From Phoronis australis (Eukaryota > Animalia > Phoronida): a stretch of DNA of 64,000 bases. Of the stretch, positions 40,750 through 53,000 are shown piece after piece. A model generated the notes under the pieces. That model was not told where the DNA came from. It worked only from the letters and a program-made list of their open reading frames with translations, and did no database searches. The translations under genes and the position numbers were made by a program. How positions within the stretch are numbered: the stretch's first letter is position 1; each line of letters starts with the position of its first letter. The DNA lies in contig NMRA01000283.1 in the NCBI GenBank assembly GCA_002633005.1, positions 1 to 64,000 on the forward strand, read 5' to 3'.

Positions 40750-41252
40750 TTGGGGAAAAATGAACGTTTTCGTAGTTATATAAATTTGGTTGAAGACAGA
40801 GCTGCATTTTGTTACACAGCTTGATATACTTCGTACATTCTATACGAGCTTCCGGTGTGAGAGCAGGAAGAAGGGCATACATGTACAAGCAGAGAGTGTT
40901 AATGTAACACCCTTGCGTAAACACGTGTGATCTGCTCCTTCAGCGCAGATTTTTCTTCTGACAATCTCTGGTTTTACGGCCTTCTACTTGCTCTCACTGT
41001 TTATTTCAATGTTTATTTCGCTTCCATCGCGTTCACTTTACCTATTGCCCGAAGATGAGGCATGTTGTTTTGCAATATAGCTAATATTTTAACCTGTTTG
41101 TCAGTTATATGTAAGTCTCTCGTCGTTTTGCTTCACACTAGCACGCCAGAAGAGCGTATAGAAAGTACGAAGTATATCAAGCTGTGTATCAAAATACAGA
41201 CCTGTCCTCAACCGAATTTATATAATTATGAAAACGTCCATTTTCCCGAAGA
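40750..41252. mobile_element. Foldback/MITE-like element with ~110-bp inverted arms
   Basis: 40750-40860 (cttggggaaaaatgaacgttttcgtagttatataaatttggttgaagacag...cagcttgatatacttcgtacattctatacg) is the imperfect reverse complement of 41141-41252. Confidence 0.6.
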
Positions 41253-42369
41253 GATTTTGCGTCCACAAAAATCCCCCAAGGTTGAGCTCTTTCGGACAAA
41301 CGTGGATGGGCTCTTTCAGAAATTTGCATTACGGCCTCATTCAGCAGCCGGCTTAAAAGTGCTATGGAAGGGAGTAAGACAGTACATTTGAGATTAGAAA
41401 ATTTACAACTCAGTGTTATGATGCAATTGCAAGCGGGGAATAATTCCACTATAAAGATTGTAACGTTGGTTGACTTGAAATTCGAGGCAGCCGGTTTTCA
41501 CTTTATCGACAGTGTGGCAACAGAAACTGTAAGAGTTGTCTGGCGACGCGTCAGTTGACACGTCATCGACAAACTTGGAGATTTCATCGATCCCTTTGGG
41601 AAAATAATGACAGATTGCCACATTTTCCACACCCTTTCCCGTACCAGAAATCCAAAACGATACCAAGAGAATCCCAATGAGGACTTTTCGATCCTTGTTT
41701 CCAAGAAAAAACACTGAAAGGGGCGTTATGTTGGTGAGGGCTCTTTCGGAAATCCCCGGTACCCTCCGTCCGTGCTAATGCGCGTACGCTTTTCTAGCTC
41801 TAGTATCTTAAAATGCATTCTCATTTTTCTAATGACCATCCAGTCAACTTCTATTTCGAAAGACTTTTTCATGCATTCATTCAGATTGCTTCCTAATAAT
41901 GACGTCAGGATGCAAGTAAACAGTGATAGTGAAATAATACAGATTTCCTCTTCTAGAAATGATTCCTGCTTATTCTAATAATTTCACTGTTTTTATAGTG
42001 CAATGTGGAAAACATCTAATTGATCATTAGAAATGTGTTCGGAGGCATTTTGGTCAAAAGGAGTTTCGGAAGCAAGTGGGAAACAGAAGTCGTGCATGTA
42101 TAGGGCTAATCAAACCTCACAGTTCTTCTCAAGGAAACTGAAATGAGCTGTCAGTTTTCTACTAAAAGGTGTGAATGATCTGAACAACATACTTCGGCCT
42201 ATTGAGTAATCTATTTAAACAGTACCACCTGTACTTGAACGTCTTTACTGTGGGCGTATTCAGCAGATTGCAAGGAAATGCTTACACCTTAGACGGATTT
42301 GAGAGGCATGGAGGATTAACCAAAACGCGTCAACACTGAGATTTCAGAGTGCATTGTGTTTTAGTCACT

Positions 42370-42565
42370 TACAGGGGTCCCACATTTGAGAACCAGTTTT
42401 ACATTAGGGCTGGTAATAGACTTACAGAAGTCCCACATCTTGAGAACCAGTTTTACATTAGGGCTGGTAATAGACTTACAGAAGTCCCACATCTTGAGAA
42501 CCAGTCTTCTCAACTGAAAAATGGGCATGGAATGAAACTGGTGTTCAAAATTGGGCCACTCTGTA
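42370..42565. mobile_element. Tc1/mariner-like MITE containing a 54-bp tandem repeat (~2.4 copies)
   Basis: Left end TA-CAGGGGTCCCACATTTGAGAACCAGTTT. Right end reverse complement TA-CAGAGTGGCCCAATTTTGAACACCAGTTT. Internal repeated unit gtcccacatcttgagaaccagttttacattagggctggtaatagacttacagaa. Confidence 0.55.
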
Positions 42566-44339
42566 AATGACTTTTGCTGATTTGCGTGCCTTAAAGTGCA
42601 GGCAACGAAAATCGGGTATATCTTTCATAAGCGCCGAAAAGCAGCAAAGTTGACGTTCATACATTGTACTTCAATTGTTCACTGTTTATCAATACTTAGA
42701 GACCGTACAAGGCGAGGGAGCGGAAGTTTTGAAAAAAATGCGTGCGTTGCCTAAATGTAGGCCTAAGCTTTTCCGCTGATGACTTTATTGACGATGTGTA
42801 CGACTGTGCTCTCAAGTAACTGAATGTTCACTTTCGCACGAGCCTGTAGCATGATAGGTTTACCGGTGCAGCTATGGCCGTTTTTAGCTGGAACCATAGT
42901 TCGAACTATGGTCACCGTAGTTCCACGTGAATGCACCAAGTCAACCACTATGGTCAAGTATTGAGCTTTGAAGCCTACATGTACATGTAACTTAAGTGGG
43001 ACTCCTGTTGGTTACTAAAGTTATGATGGCGGACTAAGGGTAGACGTACGCAAGTAAATTGAACGATTTCTTTTGTTAATATGTGTTATTCTCCAAAATA
43101 ATACAAAATTGCAGCTAAATATGTAAACTATGCATTTACTGAAACAATGATAACAAATAATTCAGTTGCTAATAAGTTATGTACACTGTTTCACTATGTA
43201 GGTCAGCTTATTTGATCCTTCCGCGAATTTATGGCAAATTGAAGCATAGATGAGCGGAATGCGTTCATTCGTTAGTTTATATAAGTATTATGATATCTTG
43301 TGAATATGTTATTTGCTGAATTTGTTGTTTTCATCTGTCATAACCCTAGCGGAAATCGATACTGAATAAACTACTTGCTTACAGAGACTACTATTAATAG
43401 TTAACCAAAGTTCGTTAAGTGAAAAACGGCCTATGAAAACGAATGAAACAGTGCTACTAAACCAGGTCGGTAAACAGTAATTACATACAGGATCGTGCAC
43501 CTATCAAAAAGTATCTATTATATAAAATGCATCGTTTGCGCAAACTCCGTCTCCTCCGCTCCACTACAGGTCCCAGGTATTGCACGCCCCCCTATTTGGA
43601 TTTGAGGTGTTTTATTTCTTTCCCGTCGAAGGGGAAATGCTGGCCATCGCCTGCTCGCGATTTAAAAATTCTATCCTTCGTTATTTATTTACTATATTAT
43701 TCTTTTCCTGTCCTAGTGAAACGTCTGGGATGATCACTCACGTGTGTGTTAGGAAGCACTTGTTTCTGATAAATTAAAAAGAGCCACCTCAACAGGCAAT
43801 CTGAAAACAAAGACCACTTTAAGCAAATAACCTTTTAAATACACTAAGTAGACATTTACGTAATGAACGCTGAACATCAATTAACGATGTTGCTAACATT
43901 GTTTTGCCTTATTCACGCCTCCGTGTCAATATGCTCCCAGACATTAAACTGTTTTTAATGTATAGATTTGATGTCAACGAGACTCCATTATGACGTTAAT
44001 AGTTGACTGCCTACAGAACGTTTTGAGTATGTTCAAGTGCAAGATCGGTGATATATTGAAAATCATATTAGATAATTTTTCAAATCTCCGATATAAAATA
44101 AAATTGCCTCAACGTGAAGGTAATTAAGAAATCCTTATTTACATGTTACAAATGAACTAACTTCAAGTACAATAAAACCAATGTATTGCATAACATATAT
44201 ATGCAATTAGGTACACATGCGCACTGCACACATTATACATTTTGACACTGATTCGCGTCTTTCTTCAGATTTAAGTAAAATTCTATACTGTTTGCTCTCA
44301 TTTATTTACAAAAGTAGCGTCGACTATATTTCTAATAGT

Positions 44340-45700
44340 AGGTAAGTATGTTTGGGGATCGTTATATAAAGGATACACTGATAAAATGAATTTCATTTTC
44401 AACATTTAAGCCACAACAAATGCATGCCCTTTATGAACGTATCGTATTCGTTCTGCCTGCTACTGACATTAAATTGTATTGAACACATCTGAATTTGGCC
44501 AACCTCTATAACTTAACAGAGTTTTCAACATGAAATAAACAATATTCGATTTTAAACCATTTTAAACAAAAGGTATGCATCGAGACTGGTCTACTCCAAC
44601 AGTTTTCCATTCCAATGTTGGTATTCTATTTTGAAATTCGTTTACAAAATTCTCCTCGTCAACGACTCTTTTGCTTAACCCACACAATCCCAAAACCAGT
44701 CGAGCACCACAAGTGTTTTGCCTTTAAACCCCAGCTATCTCTAACATTCTCGGCGAATTCATATTGCACAGCGTAACATGCTTTAGCGTATCTGTTTTGT
44801 GGAAACTTTTTAATTCTCAAGTTAACCAATTTTTACTTATTAAACTGAGTCTCTTAACAGTAAATCAACCTCTGTGCCTATAGGTGAACTTAGTACTGAG
44901 AGTGTACAATACAAACATATTGTCAATTGCAGAGTAATCCTTGCGGATACCCACGTGTGCTTCATTCACAATTTCATTTGTATTTGGCCATTCAAGTCCT
45001 CCGCTTCATGCAGAAGAGTTGATTTCTCTATAGTTTCCCAGGTCATTTTGTCACCTCCTTTGAAGAACGATACTATAACACCCAATCTCCATCCAGACGG
45101 ATAAATTCCAGTACCTAATATGCAATTAAACAACGGTGACAAAACGTGAATAAAAGGCTGTGTACAATATTCAAAATCCTCCAATGGTTTCCCATCGCAT
45201 CCAGCTGATTTTCCAATGATATGACCAATAATGTGAATAACTTCAGTCCAAGAACTATGCTTGTCTAGTAAATATTCAATATCTTCCAATAAATTATTCG
45301 AATTACTTGAATCACAACAACTAAAGATCCGTGGAATGGATATGAAATTGATGAACTTCTCTCTAGATATTCAACTCCGCAGTATCTAAACAAACACTTT
45401 GAATGTATCAAATCATTCTGCATTAGGCATACTTGCACATTTTCTCTTTTTTCTGGGTTTTCAGTATTTCTAAATCTTCTTACTTTTGACGTGTTTTCCA
45501 AAGACGTGGTTTTATCGTTCAGAAACCGTTGTTTGTTCTCTTCATGCTGTCTTTGTAGACTTTATTTTGTTCTCTGTAAACAGATAAGTTGTGAACGTAA
45601 GGGTAGCGCCTGTGTCCTCTCAATATCTTCGAGCCGAACGTTCATTTCCGTGATATTCACTGGATTTTTTCGGGCGCACCGAGAGTTGTATACATATACA
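44340..45700 (-). mobile_element. Decayed, internally deleted non-LTR retrotransposon (LINE ORF2 remnants)
   Basis: Minus-strand fragments, in LINE ORF2 order: GKSAGCDG..LFNCILGTGIYPSGWRLGVIVSFFKGGD (RT N-terminus), RKDYSAIDNMFVLYTL (RT motif 2), RYAKACY...WGLKAKHLWCSTGFGIVW (post-RT), CICCGLNVENEIHF (C-terminal CCHC-type). Frameshifts and stops throughout. Confidence 0.85.
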
Positions 45701-45798
45701 TGCCGGCTTGGGCTGCATTGTGTTTCATTAGATTATGTCAACGGCTTAAAGCTTCGTCCACTTGATTATTGCTGAGAATATCTTCTATGGACCCAAGC

Positions 45799-46076
45799 TG
45801 TGTTGCACTTTCAGTAGTACTTAATCCTCCTATATACTTCACTTTAAGAACATCTTTCCATTTTACACCGTTTTTATTTTAACCATATATTAGTAAAGCA
45901 TAAAAATATTTCCAGGTGATCAGTGCAATGGGCCCACATGCGAGTCCTGCGCACATCTGGTACAACGTGTATCAGATCGCCTGCAGTTATTTTTTATAAC
46001 CTGTATTGCACTTTCAGTAGTACTCAATTCCCCTATATACTTCACTTTAAGAGCAACTTTCCATTTTACACCGTTT
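45799..46076 (+). repeat. Direct repeat pair (~75 bp; 45799-45873 and 46001-46076)
   Basis: ttgcactttcagtagtact..atatacttcactttaag..ctttccattttacaccgttt occurs twice, ~200 bp apart. Confidence 0.8.
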
Positions 46077-47260
46077 GTATTTTATTTCTGGCCGGAACAA
46101 TAATATTACTATCTTGATTAATACTTTTGAGAACAGCAATATTTAACTTGAACTCATGTGGTTTATTATTCGAATCTACTTGTTCCCCAGCTACAAAAAT
46201 TGTAAACAACGATAGTGAGGGCTCAGAAACAATGGCGTAATTTACAACACTCTGACCAAGGTTGAGTTCAGTAGCTGTCTCGCGACAGAAAATCTAGCCA
46301 AAATCACGTGTTCTCATCTAAAATACACGACAATATCTCACGTACTTTCGTGAAGTCTTGCTTTTTGCGAGGTCCTAGCGTAGGGGCCCAGCGTTACTGA
46401 ACTCTACCGGGTATTAGTCATACACATTTTGCGACCTATAGCCTCATCGCTATCAGACCTTCCATTTACAATGCGCAATTCTGCTGATTCGCATAACAAC
46501 AATAATTCCAAACCATATTGCTTGCAGTCAACGTCCTCAGGACAACCGCGTTTGTAACAGTATCTCATTCATACTACCCTACGAGGTCACGAGCATTGCA
46601 AATGAACAAATAAGCATCGTCGTGAGAACTAATAAGGAAGTCATCCAGGTCAGCTGTACGGGTAAAATCGCAGCATATTAAATATTACAGTCAGTATCAC
46701 GTGTTTTACAGCTATACTAAGTTTTCCGTTTTTCTATGGTTAATACTGAAATGTAAACGAAACCAAGTTTCCGATAAGACAGGAATCAGATCATCGTTGG
46801 ACTAAAATAGACACAGGGCAAGTACATGTACATGTAGCCATAGGCAGCAGTGAAAGATGTAAGGGAGGGGGCCAAGGAGGCCATGCCCCTCCCCCTAAAA
46901 TTCTCCTAGATTCCGTTTGACATTTCGGGGATGCAAATGTCTGACGGGCAAAATCCTGGCTAATACTATGCCCTGCCCCCTCCCCCCAACTCCCCCTGGG
47001 CAGACCAACAGCCAGCAGCGGGAATTTCCGTCAGTGTAAGCAAGACAGTTACCAGTAAAATCGACCTAGGACATTCCTTTAAGGCGTTACAAACCTGGCT
47101 TCTGGTAAAATATCAACTTTTGATTTATGAGATGTGACGTTAAAAACGGGTCTCGATATGTTTTTAGCCAGTTTAGAATTGATTTATAAAAATGTGATGA
47201 ATCATGGGTCTATTACCGGTTGAGACCAGATACAACAATATGGCTTATCCGGCTGGTTTG

Positions 47261-47940
47261 TTATCCCATACGGGTTGAATCTGTCGAGGGAAGTACGGTC
47301 ATGTAATATTGTTTTCCGTATTCACCTCCCGCACTACTTCAACAGTGACCTCTGACATGGAAAGTTCAAAAGGTAGGACAATGTCGACTCAACGTCGTTA
47401 GCCGGAAGATCACCAAACTTTCGGAAAATAGTTTAAAGTAATACAATTGTGGTAGTGAAAATAACACTCAATCGTAACATCTGGAACAGGACTGTTAAAT
47501 ATATGACAGTTCTGTCTCAGCTTTCATTTGCTAAATATTTTATCGTGTACAACTCAGCCGCAGATTCCTCGGTAACTACAATATAAAATATTGTTGCTAT
47601 TAAAATATTTTCAGGAGATGTAACAAGTTCAGTGCAAATTAACCTTTGTTTTCATCTTCTTTATCTCTTTTCAAGTAATAAATCGTTACATTTAAAACTG
47701 TTTCTTTTACTAGCGAAAACTTGCAACCTAACGCGCAAGTACATGCATATAGAATGTGATCCGCCACGTGAACAGTCTGAATGAAGTATTTGAAAAATCT
47801 GCGGAAAAAAATGAAAGAAACTTAGGAATTCGAGGACTATGGGATAAATACAAAACGTACCTCGATTGGCGTACATGACGTAATATCCCACGAGACATTA
47901 TTCCGCGATATGCGAAATAATGTCGGTACGCTTTGTGTAT
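47261..47940 (+). mobile_element. Interspersed repeat, Helentron/HINE-like, copy 1
   Basis: ~680 bp colinear with 56600-57360. Has inverted motifs ttatcccata / tatgggataa and a 3' stem-loop (gacattatt...aataatgtc). Confidence 0.6.
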
Positions 47941-48166
47941 TTATGTGTGCAGCATGGACTTAAGAAATGAAAAATAAAATAATTTGTAATCGCCAATATG
48001 GCTGCTCAAAATACCGCAATTGACTTGCAGCGACGTTTAAGACTTGAGGATGATATTTGTTCTTGTGTTTTTTTGTGCATAAAAAATTACATTACCCCGC
48101 TTAGCTCCGATTCTCCTCGATATGTGCCTCCCGTAGGTCGTTTTTACTGCTCTCCTCCCGTCACTG

Positions 48167-48213
48167 CAGGAACCCTATTGGGGTGCCAACAGGAACCCCA
48201 CTGGGGTGCCAAC
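48167..48213 (+). repeat. Two-copy 23-bp tandem repeat
   Basis: caggaaccctattggggtgccaa / caggaaccccactggggtgccaa, adjacent with no spacer. Confidence 0.8.
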
Positions 48214-49636
48214 TGGAAAGGATTTTTCAAGCTTAGCCACTGCGTCCACCCGGCATGTTTTTGGTTCTCAGTTTATTTTAAAACAGTGAAAGACGTGTGT
48301 TCAAACCTTAATTTATTTTAAACCGAGCTTGCCGATGTGCCCGAACTTGTAGCATGTTCTGCCACCATTTTCTGGAAACGAGGCGTACCAATACCTTGTT
48401 CTGTCACAGGCTTTCATTCTTTGCTATAACAGATTGATAAGAAGCGTCCAGTTGATCCGTCTTCTGTCGTAGTTTTGACAATCAGTGCCCGGCCTTGTTA
48501 AACCTGTTGCCGACAGGTATTGTGGGTTCTCGCAAACGTGGAAGAATGGGCTGTTTTTTACATATGAAAATTGGCTTTATGCGTCAGAGAGCAAAGCCAA
48601 AGTTATGATTGGCTAACAATGATATGAATGTTAACAGAAACTTTGGCAGGTCGTCATGCGTCAGTTTACGACGTCGGGGCACAAAAACAATTCGAAAGAG
48701 AATCTTGGCAACTGAACAATTTAAATTCAAGGGTAAATAATTTGAATTTTCCACACTAAATTCGCCACTTTCCGTATGGCAATCTGTAACAAGTACAAAG
48801 ATGGACAATTTGCTCAGTACAAACCTAAAATATTCAGTCAAAATGAAGGAATTCCCTATCGTGACGGCTGAACGGAAGCGGAATTCACCGCCAGAGTAGT
48901 CTTCCGTCACGTGACCGAGAATGAAGAAGAATGAACAGGAAAGTTAGTAATGGTTACCAGTCACTTTACAGTCAGAAAATTAGCCGCCATGACGGGGAAA
49001 CGGTATATTCATCGTACTTGCAGGCATGTATCTCAGTCAGCAGCATAAACGCAAATCATTGAAAATAGCAGTATGAACATTCAGTACGATTGGGTACAGG
49101 GGTACCCTGGTAGCTTGCAAGGCACTCTGTGACAGCTACATGTAAGTGGTTGAGCTATCATTTACGTGGATTATTGCATGGTCAAGGATCGTTTGTGTAA
49201 CAGTCAAGCCCACTGTACTCTCGCTGGACGAGGAGCTGTTGACGGACCCCGAAATTGAATTCACAAAACAAATATTTTTAAGATAACAGGGTCTTTTCGT
49301 TGTCTAAATCTGCAATGCTCAAAAACAATCTTTAATCGCCGTTTGTCAACATGCTGGAAGGTGACGCCATTTCCATGTTAGCTGGGGATAAAAAAAAATT
49401 TAAGCCCCAACGCTACCGCCACCAGCCTTCTCTCACCCGAAACTGCATAGTTGGAGCTGACTAAAAAGAGAAATCCTGCATCATTTTTACTTCTCTCAAG
49501 TGGATTTTCTTTTTGTATTTGAAAAAGCTGGCAACTGAATAAAAATATCACACCCCATCGACTCGATTTTCAAAATAAAACGGACCAGAATCAGTTATGT
49601 TTTTTTAAGTAATACCGTATTCTTCTTTGTACATTG

Positions 49637-50003
49637 TACTATAAATTTTCAAAAATAGGACCATGGGCGTATTTTTGGATACCGTTTGCAGGTTTTGAAA
49701 ATCTGACGAATTGTTCTGAAATACGTAGGTCATATTTCTTGAGGTAAAGTTTGTTTTCTTAGAGAAGACTTTATACTTTGGGAACGCTACAATTTAGCGA
49801 AATATTGGACGGTTTTGCTGCCGTTACTAATCGTACTGACACAGTATGAAGAACAGTTTTAATGACACAGTTTCAGAAAATACGCTCCCCCCTCCTTTTT
49901 CCGAAAACACACACGTCCGGGGTATATTCGGTTTCAGATGATATTTTTGAAAGGTCATATTCCTAATAGGCGCTCATGGACATATTTTCGATAATTCCCG
50001 GTA
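49637..50003. mobile_element. pogo/Tigger-like MITE (decayed TIRs)
   Basis: Left end tactataaattttcaaaaataggaccatgggcg. Right end reverse complement taccgggaattatcgaaaatatgtccatgagcg. TA at both ends. Confidence 0.45.
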
Positions 50004-53000
50004 CACATGGCCAGCATATTAGTGCGCTAAGGCAAACTAGTCAACAACACACAAATTGTTTCTTTTGGTGGCGGCATAGTGTACATGCAAAGATTTTAAA
50101 ACTGAGGTATCAGGTTTACTCAACAGCTTATAATTGATACAGAGGACTTTTCCACAAGTTTTCACTTTAAATGCTTAGCTCTGATTTTACTTAGAGAAAG
50201 CGCACCAAATTGACAAAAAGTGATAGTCATCTTTGACACAATTCGGGAAGCATACACACAGTTTTTATATTCGATATTTAAATGTCTGCCAGTTTCTATT
50301 GCTGGCCTGTGGTTGCACAGCGAAGACGTGTTAAACGTGACACACACAATCGTGGGAGATTATCAATTTCTCAATGGTTGCCAAGTTCAAATACAGCCTA
50401 AATTTTTGGTTTAACTTAGAATGTACATCCACCGTACTGTCACCTTTGGAGACAGCGGTTTTTAACAATGGTGATAAAATATTTACAAATTACTCGTGGC
50501 ACACGACTCTTTGGTTTAGCCAAATGTCAAAAAGATACCATATATTGAATATAAGTTGGGGAGAGAGCGTTCCCAATAGGCCCGCCTTGATCGAACTCTC
50601 GTGTGTCGCGGAGGTATAAAATTGTCTTGCATGCCCGACCTACTTTTGAAAATGTCAGACACTCTTGCTGAGTTAAGAAGGAAAGAACAACGCAAAGGTC
50701 ATCAAGCATTAATTTCTTGGGGTCAGCATCGCAATTCAAAATTCAATAATACAAGGTTGCCTGAATTACAATGATAAATTGTACATAAGATATATGAAAC
50801 AGTGAATGATCTGTATATCAGTGTGGCATATGAAAAAAGGACAGGTGCTTAACACTTAAAATGCAATGCGGGTAAATACCATAGAATGAGTGTAGTGCTG
50901 CTCTATTTCTGGAATTCCCTGTTATAAATTTATCTCCCATTTTCACCCCACTTGTACGTGTCGTACGTGGCCCTAGACAACACTCACGTGGTGCGTTTCG
51001 AATCCCAAGTTAAACAAGTAGGTTATTTGATGCAAATAAGGCAACAAAATATATCGTGCACAGAGGATACATGGCACACAGGGGCAGGGTTAGAACAAGC
51101 ACTAGGCCTACTTGCCTACAGTCAATTTATAGAATTTCTAAACTTTCATATTCTTTGAAACCCCAAACTTCGGCATGGCATAGACGTAGAATTGATCAGG
51201 AGTTATACCTACTGATAAGTCTAACATTAATGTCACACATGACAGTCGTGTGGTCCTGCCATCTAAGTTACCACCGTTATAAATTACATTCGCGGCCTAC
51301 CCTCATCTTGAAATATTTCAATGTCCGTAGTTATTGTTTGCCCCTATGTAGTTAAATGCTATTCATGCTACCTCATTTGACCTGCAGTAAGGTGTTTTGA
51401 CAATTTATGTATTAATAAAAAAAAACTAATATAAAATGATTTCCGAAGTGTTTAGTAAATATAACGTCCCCGACGCGCTTACATTAATCAGGTAAACGGA
51501 TGGCGTGTTCTTGGGTGAAGATAAATAGTCGTCGTTATGATGGATTGCCTTTGAACGGAAATATCTGATCGTAGTCAGAAATCTCTGGTAAGGTTAGGGC
51601 TCAAACCACAGTTCGAGTGGCTGATCTTGATGTCATCAATGGTCTAGATAAATGAAAGTTCTTGTTTACACCCTGTCTCAAGACACCTGAAAAAGACATA
51701 ACTGACAGAAAGCACACTCGATGGAGTTTCGCAAAGCTGAAGAAATTTGAGCACCGGACCAATACAAGAGAGGAGACAAGAGTCCGAATGTTCTCACACT
51801 CCAAATCCCAACTAAATTAAATTTTGTCATTACGAATAAAATGTTTGGCAATTTCCACTAAGCAAAAGGGTACATGTACCTGGATTCGCGTTAAAAATTC
51901 AACACTGAACTGGGATGTGCTCTGAAAATGGCGGGGCATCTGTATCCGGGTAGACGAGAGTAGTGTCCAAATTTCTGGATTCCATTTACTCAAAACAACT
52001 TCAAAAAACTACTGAATACCGTTTGTGGCACGAACTTACCACTTACTCCACGAAATTGCCATCACTAACTGACGAACGCCATTTTCTTGATATTTGGGGG
52101 AGTTACAAAGGTCTGAACCGTGTTTTTTGGGGGAGCTCCAAAGAACCAAACTCTGGTCTTAGACCTTACATTTTCCAGCAAACCCATATTTCAATGACCT
52201 ACGATCACATGGAATTAAACATACTGTTCCGCATTGTTCATATCCACTCACGAGACACCTCCGGCGGGAAATTGTGGCTGATTGAGCTATAGTCTGGTGT
52301 AGATCTTTAAACAAGGCCACTTGGCCAAATTTTTATCGTACCAAATAAGGAGTATTCGTATTTCAAACTGTCACTTATTTCTCGCATTTTCTGTATTTGT
52401 TCTGTTACAAACGTTTATTCAGTAGCTGTTCCAGGATTTTAATAGCGTACTGTTCCCTTTTGGATAACCTTTATGAGATGCGAAAATACAGCACTGTTGT
52501 AGTGCGATCAAAGCAGTGTTTTGGGATGCGTTCCATAGACGAAAGAAACCTTACAAAAACGCACGTCCACGCAAGTTTTCGAGATATACTACCCATGCGT
52601 CACACGCAAAGCACGTGATCGCACTAGAGTGTTTTGGTACTGCGGAACGTAGCATTGCTCGAGTGACAGGTGGATTATAAATCAATTTGCGCCAGTAGAA
52701 GTTGTAAAAGCATGCTTTGTTGATTAGCTGATTTAAATACACCGGTAAGGGCACAACAAGATTAGCTGGTTCTGATAAGTGCCCCAAGTCACTGAGACGT
52801 GCGTTCACTGACTAAAATAAAAATAATAAAAAGCTCGCATTAATTACAATTAAAGTCTCATGTGTTTTTTGAAAACCTGTCCAAAGGCACGTAAGCAAGG
52901 GCAAGCCACGTTTCTTGAAACGCCGTGATTTGCAATTTTCCGTGTAAGCTATGCACTGTGCTGTATTGAAAGAGTCCTCAGAGCTTGGTGTGTCCAGTCA

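Noticed and set aside
41403-41978. Minus-strand ORF pieces including STDGGYRGF (Harbinger/IS5-like D-G-Y motif)
   Set aside because: A single short motif with no other transposase signatures, which is insufficient support.
42370-42505. Regularly spaced repeats resembling CRISPR
   Set aside because: The 'spacers' are identical, so it is a plain 54-bp tandem repeat. The context is eukaryotic and there are no cas genes.
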